DNA from: Candidatus Enterousia sp.
GTDB lineage: Bacteria > Pseudomonadota > Alphaproteobacteria > Rs-D84
Reading direction: 5' to 3'
DNA length: 64,000 nt
Assembly (NCBI GenBank): GCA_045648945.1
Contig: JAZROX010000011.1
Span: 4,679-68,678 of the forward strand
Shown here: one piece after another, positions 10,076 through 20,267 of the stretch
Numbering within the stretch: position 1 is the stretch's first letter
Layout of the letters: each line of letters starts with the position of its first letter
Made by a program: the position numbers and the translations under genes
Notes under the pieces: model-generated
What the model was told of the DNA's origin: nothing
Databases searched by the model: none
The model's input: the letters and a program-made list of their open reading frames with translations, nothing else

Positions 10076-11209
10076 CTATCTATATAAAGGTTCGGATGGG
10101 ACCACGTGGCAACCGTTTTCACGTTTAAGTTTTATTCCGCGCATCCATGCCGTCAAAACATTTGGTTTATATTTTCCAGAGATTTTAACAAGAAAATCTT
10201 GCCGGAAATCCAGCCAGCGATTGTGAATATCGCCGTTATAATTTTGCACCGCCGCGACAACATTTTCATCCAATTTATCTTTGGGTGATGTATTCACGTT
10301 CAAAAATTTCCTGAATTGTCGAATCGCCGGTACGGCGCCACTGCCCATCATGGCCAAGAACAAATCGCCCGCAATTACATCCGGCAAAATTTCCATATTA
10401 TACTTTTCCCAATAATTCCGATAATATATATCTTCGGCCTCGCCCCGGGTAAGGCGTTCCAATGCCGCGCGGTCCAAACCGATTGATTTGCCCAGGCAAT
10501 TTTCCCCAATGCCATAACACGTATATCCGCACGCGTCGCCTGGCGTGTAACCACATTTTCCCTCTTTGCGGAACAGGGTGATTAATGCCTTTTCAAATGC
10601 GGGTGCTATGCGTTCATATTTTCCTGTGGTTAAAATCTCATCTTTGAAATGGTCGCTTTTGGCCGCCGGATAGCATGAACCACCACGCGTGCTGTTATTC
10701 GCAACGACCGGACCGCCGCCAATCGTTGCGCCGGAATATTGCGGCGTTGTGGCGGCCGTGGTGTGTTCTGCGTTACCGATACCGATAACATTGTCATATG
10801 CATCCGACGTCACGACACAATGTTCGTCGTCCAATGGATAATTTTCGCAGTATGTTTTGATATCCATCGTTGCGTAATCCGATTTGCTTTGGAATTCAGC
10901 CATGGCGCGCTGGCGTTCTGTAAATTCTTCCTCGCTTTCTACGACCAAATCATGATAGGCGTGTAAGTCTTGGTATGGGGCATACGATTCGGCCTTTAAT
11001 GCCACACGGTCTGCGGCCCCCAGGTCCGCCGCAGTTTTTGGAAATGCGGTCGGGCGCAGTCCCGAAAATCCGCCCGTGCCGGCGCCAATTGCCGGATTTG
11101 TCGCGGGTACACTTGGAAAAGGGACGACGTGCGTTGGGTCAAAAAGTGCCAATGACGCACATGGCGCCATCGCGCAAATTACACAAAAAATACGCAACAA
11201 ATCCCTCAT
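10076..11209 (-). CDS. secreted glycoside hydrolase family 108-like muramidase
   Basis: Signal peptide; KEG...PGD.CG.TCYGI, LTRGEAEDIYYRNYW and GW..R-like (AWMRG) segments match the GH108 lysozyme pattern. Confidence 0.75.
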   Translation of the reverse strand: MRDLLRIFCVICAMAPCASLALFDPTHVVPFPSVPATNPAIGAGTGGFSGLRPTAFPKTAADLGAADRVALKAESYAPYQDLHAYHDLVVESEEEFTERQRAMAEFQSKSDYATMDIKTYCENYPLDDEHCVVTSDAYDNVIGIGNAEHTTAATTPQYSGATIGGGPVVANNSTRGGSCYPAAKSDHFKDEILTTGKYERIAPAFEKALITLFRKEGKCGYTPGDACGYTCYGIGENCLGKSIGLDRAALERLTRGEAEDIYYRNYWEKYNMEILPDVIAGDLFLAMMGSGAVPAIRQFRKFLNVNTSPKDKLDENVVAAVQNYNGDIHNRWLDFRQDFLVKISGKYKPNVLTAWMRGIKLKRENGCHVVPSEPLYR

Positions 11210-11343
11210 GCTCTATTAAGTAATTATACCAAAAATTGCCGTGATAGAAAATAAAAAAATGGTAATGAATTGAGTTAATGCTAAAAATTTTACAAATGGC
11301 TTGCAAAACACTTAAATTTGTTTTATTATATTGCCTGCCTTGT

Positions 11344-11428
11344 GGGCATATGGCGGAATTGGTAGACGCGCTAGTTTCAGGTACTAGTGGGGCGACCCTT
11401 GGAAGTTCGAGTCTTCTTATGCCCACCA
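11344..11428 (+). tRNA. tRNA-Leu(CAG)
   Basis: Cloverleaf with long variable arm, anticodon loop TTCAGGT, CCA end. Confidence 0.95.
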
Positions 11429-11439
11429 TATAAAGTTTT

Positions 11440-11515
11440 GGGGTTGTAGCTCAGTTGATAGAGCGCTACGTTCGCATCGTAGAGGTCGTGGGTTTGAGTC
11501 CCATCAGCTCCACCA
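11440..11515 (+). tRNA. tRNA-Ala(CGC)
   Basis: G3:U70 pair, anticodon loop TTCGCAT, CCA end; T-loop reads TTTGAGT. Confidence 0.93.
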
Positions 11516-11594
11516 GAATAAAATACGTCGGTTTGACGTATTTTTTTTCTTGCACGCGGAAAAACATGCTGGTATTATATCACGCGGTTGACAC

Positions 11595-11681
11595 GGGGAT
11601 ATGGCGGAATGGTAGACGCTGAGGACTTAAAATCCTTTGGTTATTGCAACCGTGTGGGTTCAAGTCCCACTATCCCCACCA
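11595..11681 (+). tRNA. tRNA-Leu(TAA)
   Basis: Anticodon loop CTTAAAA, long variable arm, CCA end. Confidence 0.95.
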
Positions 11682-11781
11682 CCAAATTTTCAAGCAAGCT
11701 TGCGAGTGTTGAAAATTTGAGTGTCTCGGTCGCGGCCCCGTTGTGCGGGGACGGACGACGTAAAGTGTTGACTCACCTGAT

Positions 11782-11858
11782 GGATGTGTAGCTCAGTTGG
11801 TTAGAGCGCTTCGTTCACATCGAAGAGGTCGTTGGTTCGAGTCCAATCACATCCACCA
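11782..11858 (+). tRNA. tRNA-Val(CAC)
   Basis: Anticodon loop TTCACAT, GGTTCGAGTCC T-arm, CCA end. Confidence 0.95.
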
Positions 11859-11938
11859 TAAAATTAAATAAAACAAGCTTTTGTTATCATTTTTCCCTTG
11901 CCCCGGATTTATGAAATTTGGTAAAATTAACCCCAGAG

Positions 11939-14704
11939 ATGAAGAAAATTCTGATTTTTGGCGCAGTTTTGGGCTTTTTCGCCGGCGCGCCCGCGTATGC
12001 CGCGGTGCGTGATGGGGCTGCGTTGACCGGTATGCAACGTAACACGTCGGCGGTTCAATCGCGAACCGGGGGTGGTACCGTTCGTGCCGATGGGGATGCG
12101 GGACGTGCCGCAACAACCACGCAAACCCGGGTTCAAAAGACGTTGGCCACGCGTGCCGGTTCTTTGCATATTGTGCCGCGGACCGAAACTGTTACACGCA
12201 CACGGACCGCGACGGTTCGTCCCGCACGTGGGGCAACAACCACGGCACGGGCGACCACCAGGAGTGCGACCGCGCGCGCGGCGACAAACGCGACAAATAT
12301 GTCTGAAACCCGGACCGGGGCGGCGTACAATCAATGTAAAAGTGCGTATTTCCAATGCATGGATCAATTTTGCACATTGAAAAATGATGAATATCGCCGC
12401 TGTTCATGCAGTGCGCGTATAAACGACATGGTCGCGATGCGGAAAAGTTTGGACGATACGAATGCGAAACTGTCCGAATTTACGGAAAACCTGGATATGG
12501 TTGGTTTAAGCGCGGCCCAGGCGACCGCCACCCATACCGCATCCGACGGCGAAAATGCGCTGACGCGCGATGTGTCTGCGTCCAAGGCGTTGTTGACCGC
12601 GATTATGAATTCTATACGTGGCGAAGACGGAACTGTTGGCGGTAAATGGTCCGATTTGGACAGTGTGAATTTATCGTTCGATACAACAAATATGTTCGGT
12701 TTGGGTGACACGGCCCAGGTTGTTGCGTCATATAATGGGGTTGAGTTGTATAACGCGGTTTATCAATCGTGCCGCACAGTTGTCGCGTCCGATTGTAATG
12801 ATGCGTCGCTGCAAAGGGCGGTGACGGCGTACCTTATGGCGATTGAACAGGATTGTAACACGGTGCAGACTGCGTTGACCGGGAAACAGCGCGAATTAAA
12901 AACCGCAATTCGTGAAAGTGACGCTATGTTGGATTTGGCGCGCATCGAAAGCCGCAAGAAACACAATTCATCGGATATGACAACGTGCATAAACGAGGTT
13001 GAATCCGCGATTTTAAGCGAGCAGGTGTGTGGCGCGAATTACCATAAATGCCTGGATAATGGGGAATTTATTGACGTGACGACGGGGGCGCCAATTACGG
13101 GCGTTGTGAACTTTAACGAATTGGGCAAATTGTTAAAATTCGACTTTGGTAAAGATGCGGTTGACCAAAAATTATCTCAAACACCATACAACCAAAAATT
13201 CCTTAAGAACTTTGAAAACAAAACCAAGAAATTTGCGACGGACGCGTTGGATAAATGCAGGGAAATTGCCGATGATGTTTGGGCGGAATATTTGGACAAG
13301 GCGTTGTTGGACATATACTATGCGCAACAGTCCAAGGTTAAAACCATACAAAATGGGTGCTTTGATTTGATATCTGCGTGCTATGCCGAACGGGATGCGG
13401 CGATAACCGCGGCGATGGCGGCGTTGATAGATGGCGGAACGGATGTGTCGCTGGCGCCGGATAAAATCGTCCTTACCCAGCAAATGTGCAGTGATTATAT
13501 AGATTCTTGTAATGGAATGTTTGGTGACGATGTGATTGCAAAATATATAGAATCCCAGAAAAACACTGATACATTGGCAGCGTGCCGCGCGGTCGCGCAG
13601 CAATGCTTTGATAGTTTTGGTGGCGCAAATTATGAAAATTTCTATGCACCGAACAGCGGCCTGTTCACGCCAAATATTGTTGATACAACGGCGGATGATG
13701 ATAGAAAGACGGCACTGGATTGGTTTACGCTGTATGCGTATGACGCGGATGGTGCACGGTTGCCGGGGTATAAATCAATCTGTGCACAACGTGTTGCCGA
13801 TATCGCCAGTTGCGCCGACAAAGTCGAAGATGTCTTTGGTGGAATGGATGTGGTTGTTGCACATCGGGATGTTGGGGATTTGGGACAATTTGAATATGCC
13901 GCGCCGAATGGTACGAATGTGAATGCATATGGTTGGGCAAGGCGTGACAGCGAAGGTTCAATTGATTGGACGGCCACAAATTATAAATTCAAGAATCGTC
14001 GCCTGCGGCCGACCGGTGTCGCGACCGAGGTTTATAATCAGATAATCGACGGCCTTATTACCCAATGTACCAATGTCCAGGGCAAATTCGTCGAAGCACA
14101 GTTTATTGATCATAACCGGTATGGGGCCAGCGATGATGCAGGTGGCGATATATGTAAATTCAAAACAGACAACTGTAATCCAAACAATCCCAATGATCTC
14201 AACTGCGCAAAATACGGATTGTTGTATTATGAAATTTATGGTACGGCCGGACTAGAACATTACTTGCATCATGAAAATATGTGCCCTAAAAATTATGCGT
14301 TGAACGTAGATATAAACGCATGGGGAGCATGCCTATGTTGGGAAAATGGTGGCCGGCGAAGTAAGCATGGTTTTAGTGGAAAATGTACTCCAAGTTTATT
14401 TACTCGTACTCTTGCGGAAGACGACCCTAATCAGGATGCGCTTTGTGATAATAGTGGCACAGAAACTATTACACCTGTTTTTGAACACACTGCCTCGCAT
14501 TATGGTGGAGTACATTATATATTAACAAATAACCCGGCCCAATTTATTAAACATTGGTGCACGCAAACTACTGGTACTTCGATTACCCCACCTGTGCAAC
14601 CGGGTATATCTGGTGCAAATCAGGTCTGTCCGATAGATGGTTGTACCGATGTCGATGGGCACTCGCTTGTTCCAGACGGTGTTCCCGACGGAATTCTGAA
14701 TTAA
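11939..14704 (+). CDS. large secreted Cys-rich hypothetical protein
   Basis: Signal peptide ending AYA, T/R/A-rich linker, Cys-patterned helical domains; paralogous N-terminal domain to 7505-8467. Confidence 0.85.
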   Translation: MKKILIFGAVLGFFAGAPAYAAVRDGAALTGMQRNTSAVQSRTGGGTVRADGDAGRAATTTQTRVQKTLATRAGSLHIVPRTETVTRTRTATVRPARGATTTARATTRSATARAATNATNMSETRTGAAYNQCKSAYFQCMDQFCTLKNDEYRRCSCSARINDMVAMRKSLDDTNAKLSEFTENLDMVGLSAAQATATHTASDGENALTRDVSASKALLTAIMNSIRGEDGTVGGKWSDLDSVNLSFDTTNMFGLGDTAQVVASYNGVELYNAVYQSCRTVVASDCNDASLQRAVTAYLMAIEQDCNTVQTALTGKQRELKTAIRESDAMLDLARIESRKKHNSSDMTTCINEVESAILSEQVCGANYHKCLDNGEFIDVTTGAPITGVVNFNELGKLLKFDFGKDAVDQKLSQTPYNQKFLKNFENKTKKFATDALDKCREIADDVWAEYLDKALLDIYYAQQSKVKTIQNGCFDLISACYAERDAAITAAMAALIDGGTDVSLAPDKIVLTQQMCSDYIDSCNGMFGDDVIAKYIESQKNTDTLAACRAVAQQCFDSFGGANYENFYAPNSGLFTPNIVDTTADDDRKTALDWFTLYAYDADGARLPGYKSICAQRVADIASCADKVEDVFGGMDVVVAHRDVGDLGQFEYAAPNGTNVNAYGWARRDSEGSIDWTATNYKFKNRRLRPTGVATEVYNQIIDGLITQCTNVQGKFVEAQFIDHNRYGASDDAGGDICKFKTDNCNPNNPNDLNCAKYGLLYYEIYGTAGLEHYLHHENMCPKNYALNVDINAWGACLCWENGGRRSKHGFSGKCTPSLFTRTLAEDDPNQDALCDNSGTETITPVFEHTASHYGGVHYILTNNPAQFIKHWCTQTTGTSITPPVQPGISGANQVCPIDGCTDVDGHSLVPDGVPDGILN

Positions 14705-14705
14705 G

Positions 14706-14727
14706 AAACCGGGGCGTTGCCCCGGTT
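14706..14727. terminator. bidirectional terminator
   Basis: aaccggggc-gtt-gccccggtt between convergent genes. Confidence 0.65.
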
Positions 14728-14728
14728 G

Positions 14729-14754
14729 CCACTAACCACTAACACTAACCACTA
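14729..14754 (-). repeat. short tandem (TAGTGGT/TAGTGT) repeat at a gene 3' end
   Basis: tagtggttagtgttagtggttagtgg on the lpxB sense strand; related copies after prfA, argS and tolA. Confidence 0.75.
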
Positions 14755-15891
14755 AACACTTTTTAATATATCATCTGCGATGATTTTACTGGCGACACCA
14801 TTGGGGCGACCCCACATATTGTCCGCCGTGTGCAATTTATCTATCATTTTAGTACGATTTGCCGGCAGAATTAAAGAATCAAATTCATTTATAATATTTT
14901 CCGCCGTCGCATCCCCACCCAAAAATTCGGGATAAACAGGACGATTTAACAATATGTTTACTAATGATACCCAGCGAACCCGTATCAACAATCGTCCAAT
15001 CAGTGTCGTTATGCGATTCATTTTGTATGTCACAATTGCCGGCACGTGCATCATTGCCAATTCCGCCGATACGGTGCCACTGGCCACCACCGCTACATAG
15101 GTTTTTTGATATAATTCATATCGTGAATCGGCGGCAATTTGTTCCGGGATAATAGGCCAATCTTTGATTTCTTGGCGGATATATTCTGCGGTTGTTTCGA
15201 CAAGAGGAATCGCGAATTTGTAACCCATATATCCACAAGAATGAACCGTTTCAACAAAATGCCGAAATACGGGCATCAACTTTTTAACCTCGCTTATACG
15301 ACTGCCGGGGACCAGGGTGATAATCTTGTCTTTAACGCGTGGGGCGGGCGGCAAATCCAAAATATTTTCGGCAATTGGGTGCCCGACCGCCATCGTGTCC
15401 AGGCCGTATTTGGTGAAATAGGGCACTTCGAAATCAAAAAAGGCGTACAATTTATCAAACGTGCGGGCGTATTTTTTTGCGCGATGTGGACGCCATGCCC
15501 AAACCTGGGGCGCGACAATATGATGAAAACGCAGACCGTTTGCAATCATTTCGCGGCCCGCACGTGACGCGCGCAATTTCTTTATAACAGAACGCGCAAA
15601 TCCGGGGGAATCGACCGTCAAAACCAAATCTGGTTTTTCGGTGATAATTGCGTCCACCGTTTGATTTATCCGTTGCGTCAATGTGCGCAGATGGCCCAAA
15701 ACCTCAAACACGCCCATAACCGACAAATCCGCCATTGGAAATATAGAGTTTAATCCGCACGCCGTCATGGCCGTCCCGCCAATACCAACAAATTCGGCCG
15801 CGTTCGCCATGCGTTGCATAACGCGTGCCGCCAATACGTCGCCCGAGACTTCGCCGGCAATAATGAAAATCTTGATTTTTTTATTCGGCAT
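14752..15891 (-). CDS. lpxB: lipid-A-disaccharide synthase
   Basis: IAGEVSGD, VDSPGF, APQVWAWR, PGSR, ASGT motifs; directly after lpxA. Confidence 0.96.
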   Translation of the reverse strand: MPNKKIKIFIIAGEVSGDVLAARVMQRMANAAEFVGIGGTAMTACGLNSIFPMADLSVMGVFEVLGHLRTLTQRINQTVDAIITEKPDLVLTVDSPGFARSVIKKLRASRAGREMIANGLRFHHIVAPQVWAWRPHRAKKYARTFDKLYAFFDFEVPYFTKYGLDTMAVGHPIAENILDLPPAPRVKDKIITLVPGSRISEVKKLMPVFRHFVETVHSCGYMGYKFAIPLVETTAEYIRQEIKDWPIIPEQIAADSRYELYQKTYVAVVASGTVSAELAMMHVPAIVTYKMNRITTLIGRLLIRVRWVSLVNILLNRPVYPEFLGGDATAENIINEFDSLILPANRTKMIDKLHTADNMWGRPNGVASKIIADDILKSV

Positions 15892-16681
15892 TGTTTGAAG
15901 TTCCAATTCCGCGCTTTGAACGATTTTCTATAAAGTCAATTGCGTCCATCGCGTATTTATTATTTTTGACATCACGCCGAACGCGCGCCAACCGATCTGC
16001 GACCGTGCCGTCCGTTTCACGAAACACCGCGCTATAGACCGAATGAATCGCGTGCAGGTCTTCGTTGGTAAATCCGTGCCGCATTAATCCGACGCGATTT
16101 ATCGTCCGATATGTTGCGCGGGCACCGTCATATATTGCGTACGGCAAAATATCATTTCCCACGCCCGACATGCCGCCAACAAATGCGTTGCGCCCAATGC
16201 GTGAAAATTGCAGAACCATAACACCACCGGATAAAATTGCAAAATCTTCAACCTCGACATGGCCGGCAACCTGGACCAGGTTGGACATAACCACGCTGTT
16301 TCCGACCTTGCAATCATGGCCAACGTGGGCGTTCACCATAATTTGACAATCGTCGCCGATAACCGTGCCGTCCGACGCCGGGGTGCCCGAATGAATTGTT
16401 ACATATTCGCGAATGCGACAACGTTTTCCAATACGCAGGCCCGTCATAGTCGATTCATCTTGCCATTTTAAATCTTGACTCATTATGCCAAGGACGGCAA
16501 AGGGATAAACAATAGAATCATCACCGATGGATGTTTTGCCTTCAATCACCACATTTGAAACCAATTCCACCCGTTCGCCCAGGACGACATTCGGTCCCAC
16601 AATGCAAAACGGTCCAATCTTGCAATCGGCGCCAATAACGGCACCTTGGTGAATAATTGCGGTTGGATGTATGTTTGTCAT
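15881..16681 (-). CDS. lpxA: acyl-ACP--UDP-GlcNAc O-acyltransferase
   Basis: IHPTAII start, hexapeptide repeats, IREYVTIH, HVGHDC. Confidence 0.96.
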   Translation of the reverse strand: MTNIHPTAIIHQGAVIGADCKIGPFCIVGPNVVLGERVELVSNVVIEGKTSIGDDSIVYPFAVLGIMSQDLKWQDESTMTGLRIGKRCRIREYVTIHSGTPASDGTVIGDDCQIMVNAHVGHDCKVGNSVVMSNLVQVAGHVEVEDFAILSGGVMVLQFSRIGRNAFVGGMSGVGNDILPYAIYDGARATYRTINRVGLMRHGFTNEDLHAIHSVYSAVFRETDGTVADRLARVRRDVKNNKYAMDAIDFIENRSKRGIGTSNNAE

Positions 16682-16766
16682 AAGTACTTACCCCAATATT
16701 TTGGTTGTTTCATAAGTAAATACTACATAATTCAACAAGATATTTATATTCAATATATATAACGAA

Positions 16767-17786
16767 TTATAACAAAAACCCAGCACTAGGGTGATCGGAA
16801 TCGTTGTGCAAAGTGGCATACCATAAAACGCCCATCGATGTCACAACCACCAATCCCGTCAATACGCCGAACGCAATAATGGCCAGCGCAGCCGTCCGAT
16901 TTGCCAATCCATCCGGCACAGATTCCGAATGCCAAATAGACATTGCAAATAAAACAAATGCCATTATCACCGCGCCTATGAAGATTGGTACGGCCTCGGT
17001 CAATAAAAACAATATCATTGCCAGTGCGGTTACAAAACGCATCAACCATTTCAATTTAACGTATGCGCTTTGGTGAATGCGTCCACGCGGGTTTACCGTA
17101 TCCAGTGCAAATGCCGCCGCCACCAATATCCCAACGCCCAGAATCCAAATAACATGCACCGGTGTAAGGTTGCCCAATTGACCAAATCGCCATAATTCCG
17201 GCTGCATCAAAACGCCGATTGTTGTAGCCAACATAACCCCCTGTGCACATGTTGTTGGTCGCAAATGAAACCGGGAACGGCGCCCCATCAACAACCCCAG
17301 AACAATCGCGCCAATTTGTAATATCGGCCCCCACCAATTCAATGTATCACTTAATCCCACGGGCACCATTGCGATTGCGAATACCAATAAATTTATCAAC
17401 CAACGCCGACGATTTGACACGTCTCCGCGCCCATACCAAACCGGCAACTTTATTGCACGTGTATTCATTCCAACTAAAACAGATGTCACAAATAAAATTG
17501 CAGCTGTGACGAAGGGTAATAACGAAACACCATCACGCAATACATCGTAATTGCCGCCCATAAACACAATCCACAACGCGGTGAACACAATCGTCCAAAA
17601 AGTCACCCGTGCGCCCGTCACATATGGCCGCATGCCCGTTGCGTCCAAAAATTTGCGTCCGAAAACATATATTGCGATGAACAACGGTGCCGCCAAAACC
17701 GCATTCCACAGAAAAGTCGGCGCCACAACGGCGGCGTTATTAAATGCACTGACCGCGCTTGCCACTACTAAACCTTCGTCAAACAT
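16767..17786 (-). CDS. polytopic membrane protein of unknown function
   Basis: 339 aa with about ten hydrophobic segments. Confidence 0.75.
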   Translation of the reverse strand: MFDEGLVVASAVSAFNNAAVVAPTFLWNAVLAAPLFIAIYVFGRKFLDATGMRPYVTGARVTFWTIVFTALWIVFMGGNYDVLRDGVSLLPFVTAAILFVTSVLVGMNTRAIKLPVWYGRGDVSNRRRWLINLLVFAIAMVPVGLSDTLNWWGPILQIGAIVLGLLMGRRSRFHLRPTTCAQGVMLATTIGVLMQPELWRFGQLGNLTPVHVIWILGVGILVAAAFALDTVNPRGRIHQSAYVKLKWLMRFVTALAMILFLLTEAVPIFIGAVIMAFVLFAMSIWHSESVPDGLANRTAALAIIAFGVLTGLVVVTSMGVLWYATLHNDSDHPSAGFLL

Positions 17787-17806
17787 AAACTTGCCTTTTA
17801 TTTTTA

Positions 17807-18517
17807 ATGGATTATTATATAGGCGTGAAAGAAAAACAAGAATTTTTTACCATAATGGGGGGGCGCGTGAAAATGCGGCGCGGAATGTATAACCCGACAA
17901 GCGACGCGGTGTGGTTGGCGGCCTTTGTTGACGGGACACCTAAAACGGTTCTGGATGTGGGAACTGGGTCCGGGGCGGTGGCATTGTGTTTAATGGCGCG
18001 CATGCCTAATGTTAAAATGACGGCCATTGATATATCGTCCGATATGTTGGATGCTGCGCGTGACAATTTTGAACTGAACGTGCAATCGGCCGAATTTATA
18101 CAGGCCGATATAACCCGGTGGCGTACGAGTCGAACATTTGATTTGGTTATTACAAATCCGCCTTATTTCAATGGAACCCCGGCCGTGCATAATGCACATC
18201 ATAACGCGGATTTGGCCCAATGGACGCGCAAGTGTATTGCACGTGTTAAACCGGGCGGGACATTTGCAATAATTATAGACGCACAAAAAACCGCCATTGT
18301 TTTATCGGAAATGGCGCGCCATTGTGGCGATATTCACGTTTTACCATTGTTCAGTAAGAAAAATACGGCAGAAAGGGTTTTAATATCATGTCGGGCCGGT
18401 CGTGCGCCAGAAATGACATTATATTCTGGGCTGACGATGAATTGTGAAGATGTCTTGCGTGCTGGGTGGTCGGTTAGGGCGGTTTTGGATAAAACCGTCG
18501 TTGACAAGAAACGTTAA
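17807..18517 (+). CDS. SAM-dependent N6-methyltransferase (tRNA1(Val) A37 TrmN6/YfiC-like)
   Basis: DAVWLAAF, VLDVGTGSG, NPPY motifs. Confidence 0.85.
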   Translation: MDYYIGVKEKQEFFTIMGGRVKMRRGMYNPTSDAVWLAAFVDGTPKTVLDVGTGSGAVALCLMARMPNVKMTAIDISSDMLDAARDNFELNVQSAEFIQADITRWRTSRTFDLVITNPPYFNGTPAVHNAHHNADLAQWTRKCIARVKPGGTFAIIIDAQKTAIVLSEMARHCGDIHVLPLFSKKNTAERVLISCRAGRAPEMTLYSGLTMNCEDVLRAGWSVRAVLDKTVVDKKR

Positions 18518-18541
18518 GATACCAATTATCTGGCCGGGTTA

Positions 18542-20020
18542 TTATGGGACGGTCACCGTATCGTCATAGATAGAGTAGGTTGTTCCGCCAAAGTTCACTT
18601 TTAATTTGTGCGTGGTGCCGGCGTGCATAACGACGTCGGCCGTGGTCATATTGCCATAGAATATATCATTGCCGATTTTGACGTGGACGGACGGACTGGT
18701 CTTTTTTGTCCCGTGCAAATATACCGCCGCGTCACCCATGTGCAGAATATGTCCACACTGGTTCGCGTTGGACATTCCCGCCGGCGCATACAGACCCGTC
18801 GGACACGCGGTACATGTGGTTGCACCTTCGGGGCTGTATGTGTTTTCGGGGCATTGCATACACACCTTGCCACTGGCAAACTCAACGCCTGTTCCGCCGA
18901 TTTGATACTGTAAGACTGAACCATATCCCGCCGCACATGCCGTCACATATTCTGGTTTTGTGTCACACGAACTGTGCGCACCACCATATCCACCATCAGT
19001 TACATTATAATAGCATGCAGTCCAATACGTTCCGGTGTTATCATCATCTGCCAACATGGCGTAACATCCTGTAACCGTATCATGAATTCCTCTGGGGTTA
19101 TAATACCTATATCCGCCTGTGGCGCGGGATGCCAATTCGCCGGTGACGATGGGACATGCGGTACAAGATGATGCGCCGGCGGTGTCACTGTATGCTGGCC
19201 GTCGGGTGGCCACGTCGGTTGTGCATTGGGTGCATGAACTGGTGGAACCATAGTTGACGGTGTGTTCGGCGCGTGCATAACCGGCGGCACAGGTTCCCCA
19301 ATTCGTGCTGTTTTGGCCGGCGGTGCCAATGTAATGCCCGCCCGTGACGGTAATAAAGCACTGATTTTCCGCCGTCGCGCCCGCGTTGGACGTGTACCCC
19401 GTCGGACACGCTGTACATGTTCCGTTGTTATTGTAGTACCCGGCGTCACATTCCCACGGACAATCATTTGCGTCAACAACCGTGCCATCCCTGCTGTCGG
19501 GCGTGCCAACGCCGGTATAGGTCGCATTTGACGGTGCATTCGTGCACGCCGCAACTGCATCAAAATATCCTTCATTATATCTATTTGGATTTTTTAGATA
19601 ATATCCTGGCTTCGCCGTTGTGTACATTATATCACTTGCCAACCTATAAAGCCCAGATTGGCTGTCGTAAACAACAGGGAAATATATTGTTCGTGCAGCA
19701 TCATTTTGCATATCATGATACGCCAGGCAATAACCGACAGAGGTTTTAAGGGAATGCGAACCCATTGTCCAATATGTTTTGTATTGGTTTGAATTGTATG
19801 TGAATCCATACGTATCGTATGCCCATTGGTAAAAATTATCATCGATTTCTGGACAGCGATGTCTTATATCATCGCCCGGACAGTAATATGCCGCCGTTGT
19901 GTTACACGGTGCGCATTCATTATTCTCATCCAAAAAATACCCGGCGTCGCATGCGAATGCGGCATGCGTGGCGAACACGCACGTAAAGACAATCGTAAAT
20001 ATGCCGATGATTCGTTTCAA
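18542..20020 (-). CDS. secreted Cys-rich repeat surface protein (GCC2/GCC3-like repeats)
   Basis: Signal peptide ending AFA, repeated C..CP.G.Y/T...GA...C units, beta-rich C-terminal domain; TTG start with GGAGAG RBS. Confidence 0.8.
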   Translation of the reverse strand: MKRIIGIFTIVFTCVFATHAAFACDAGYFLDENNECAPCNTTAAYYCPGDDIRHRCPEIDDNFYQWAYDTYGFTYNSNQYKTYWTMGSHSLKTSVGYCLAYHDMQNDAARTIYFPVVYDSQSGLYRLASDIMYTTAKPGYYLKNPNRYNEGYFDAVAACTNAPSNATYTGVGTPDSRDGTVVDANDCPWECDAGYYNNNGTCTACPTGYTSNAGATAENQCFITVTGGHYIGTAGQNSTNWGTCAAGYARAEHTVNYGSTSSCTQCTTDVATRRPAYSDTAGASSCTACPIVTGELASRATGGYRYYNPRGIHDTVTGCYAMLADDDNTGTYWTACYYNVTDGGYGGAHSSCDTKPEYVTACAAGYGSVLQYQIGGTGVEFASGKVCMQCPENTYSPEGATTCTACPTGLYAPAGMSNANQCGHILHMGDAAVYLHGTKKTSPSVHVKIGNDIFYGNMTTADVVMHAGTTHKLKVNFGGTTYSIYDDTVTVP

Positions 20021-20112
20021 ACTGTTCTCTCCGTTTCCTTGCTATCTTTGGTGGTGGCCCCCTTTCGAAGGTTAGGGAAATGGGAAAGCAGACCACCATG
20101 TTTGTTTTTTTT

Positions 20113-20216
20113 CGTCATCCTGAACTTGGTTCGCTCGGCATAAATGCCTGCGCGCAAATTTGTAGTTGCTTGAACGTCGTTATCACTCGTTCACGCATAC
20201 AAATTTTCAGGATCTC
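20113..20216. repeat. GTCATCC-type palindromic repeat interrupted by a second hairpin element
   Basis: cgtcatcctgaa ... ttcaggatctc enclosing an aaatttgta...tacaaattt stem; related GTCATCCC palindromes at 9687 and 28032. Confidence 0.55.
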
Positions 20217-20267
20217 TTCGTTGCCGCCTGAGACGACTACTCCACCGCGAACCACTCCGCAACAACG

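Noticed and set aside
7156-11209. Prophage around the spanin-like and GH108-like genes
   Set aside because: No structural, terminase, integrase or holin genes, and the genes are on different strands among host-type genes.
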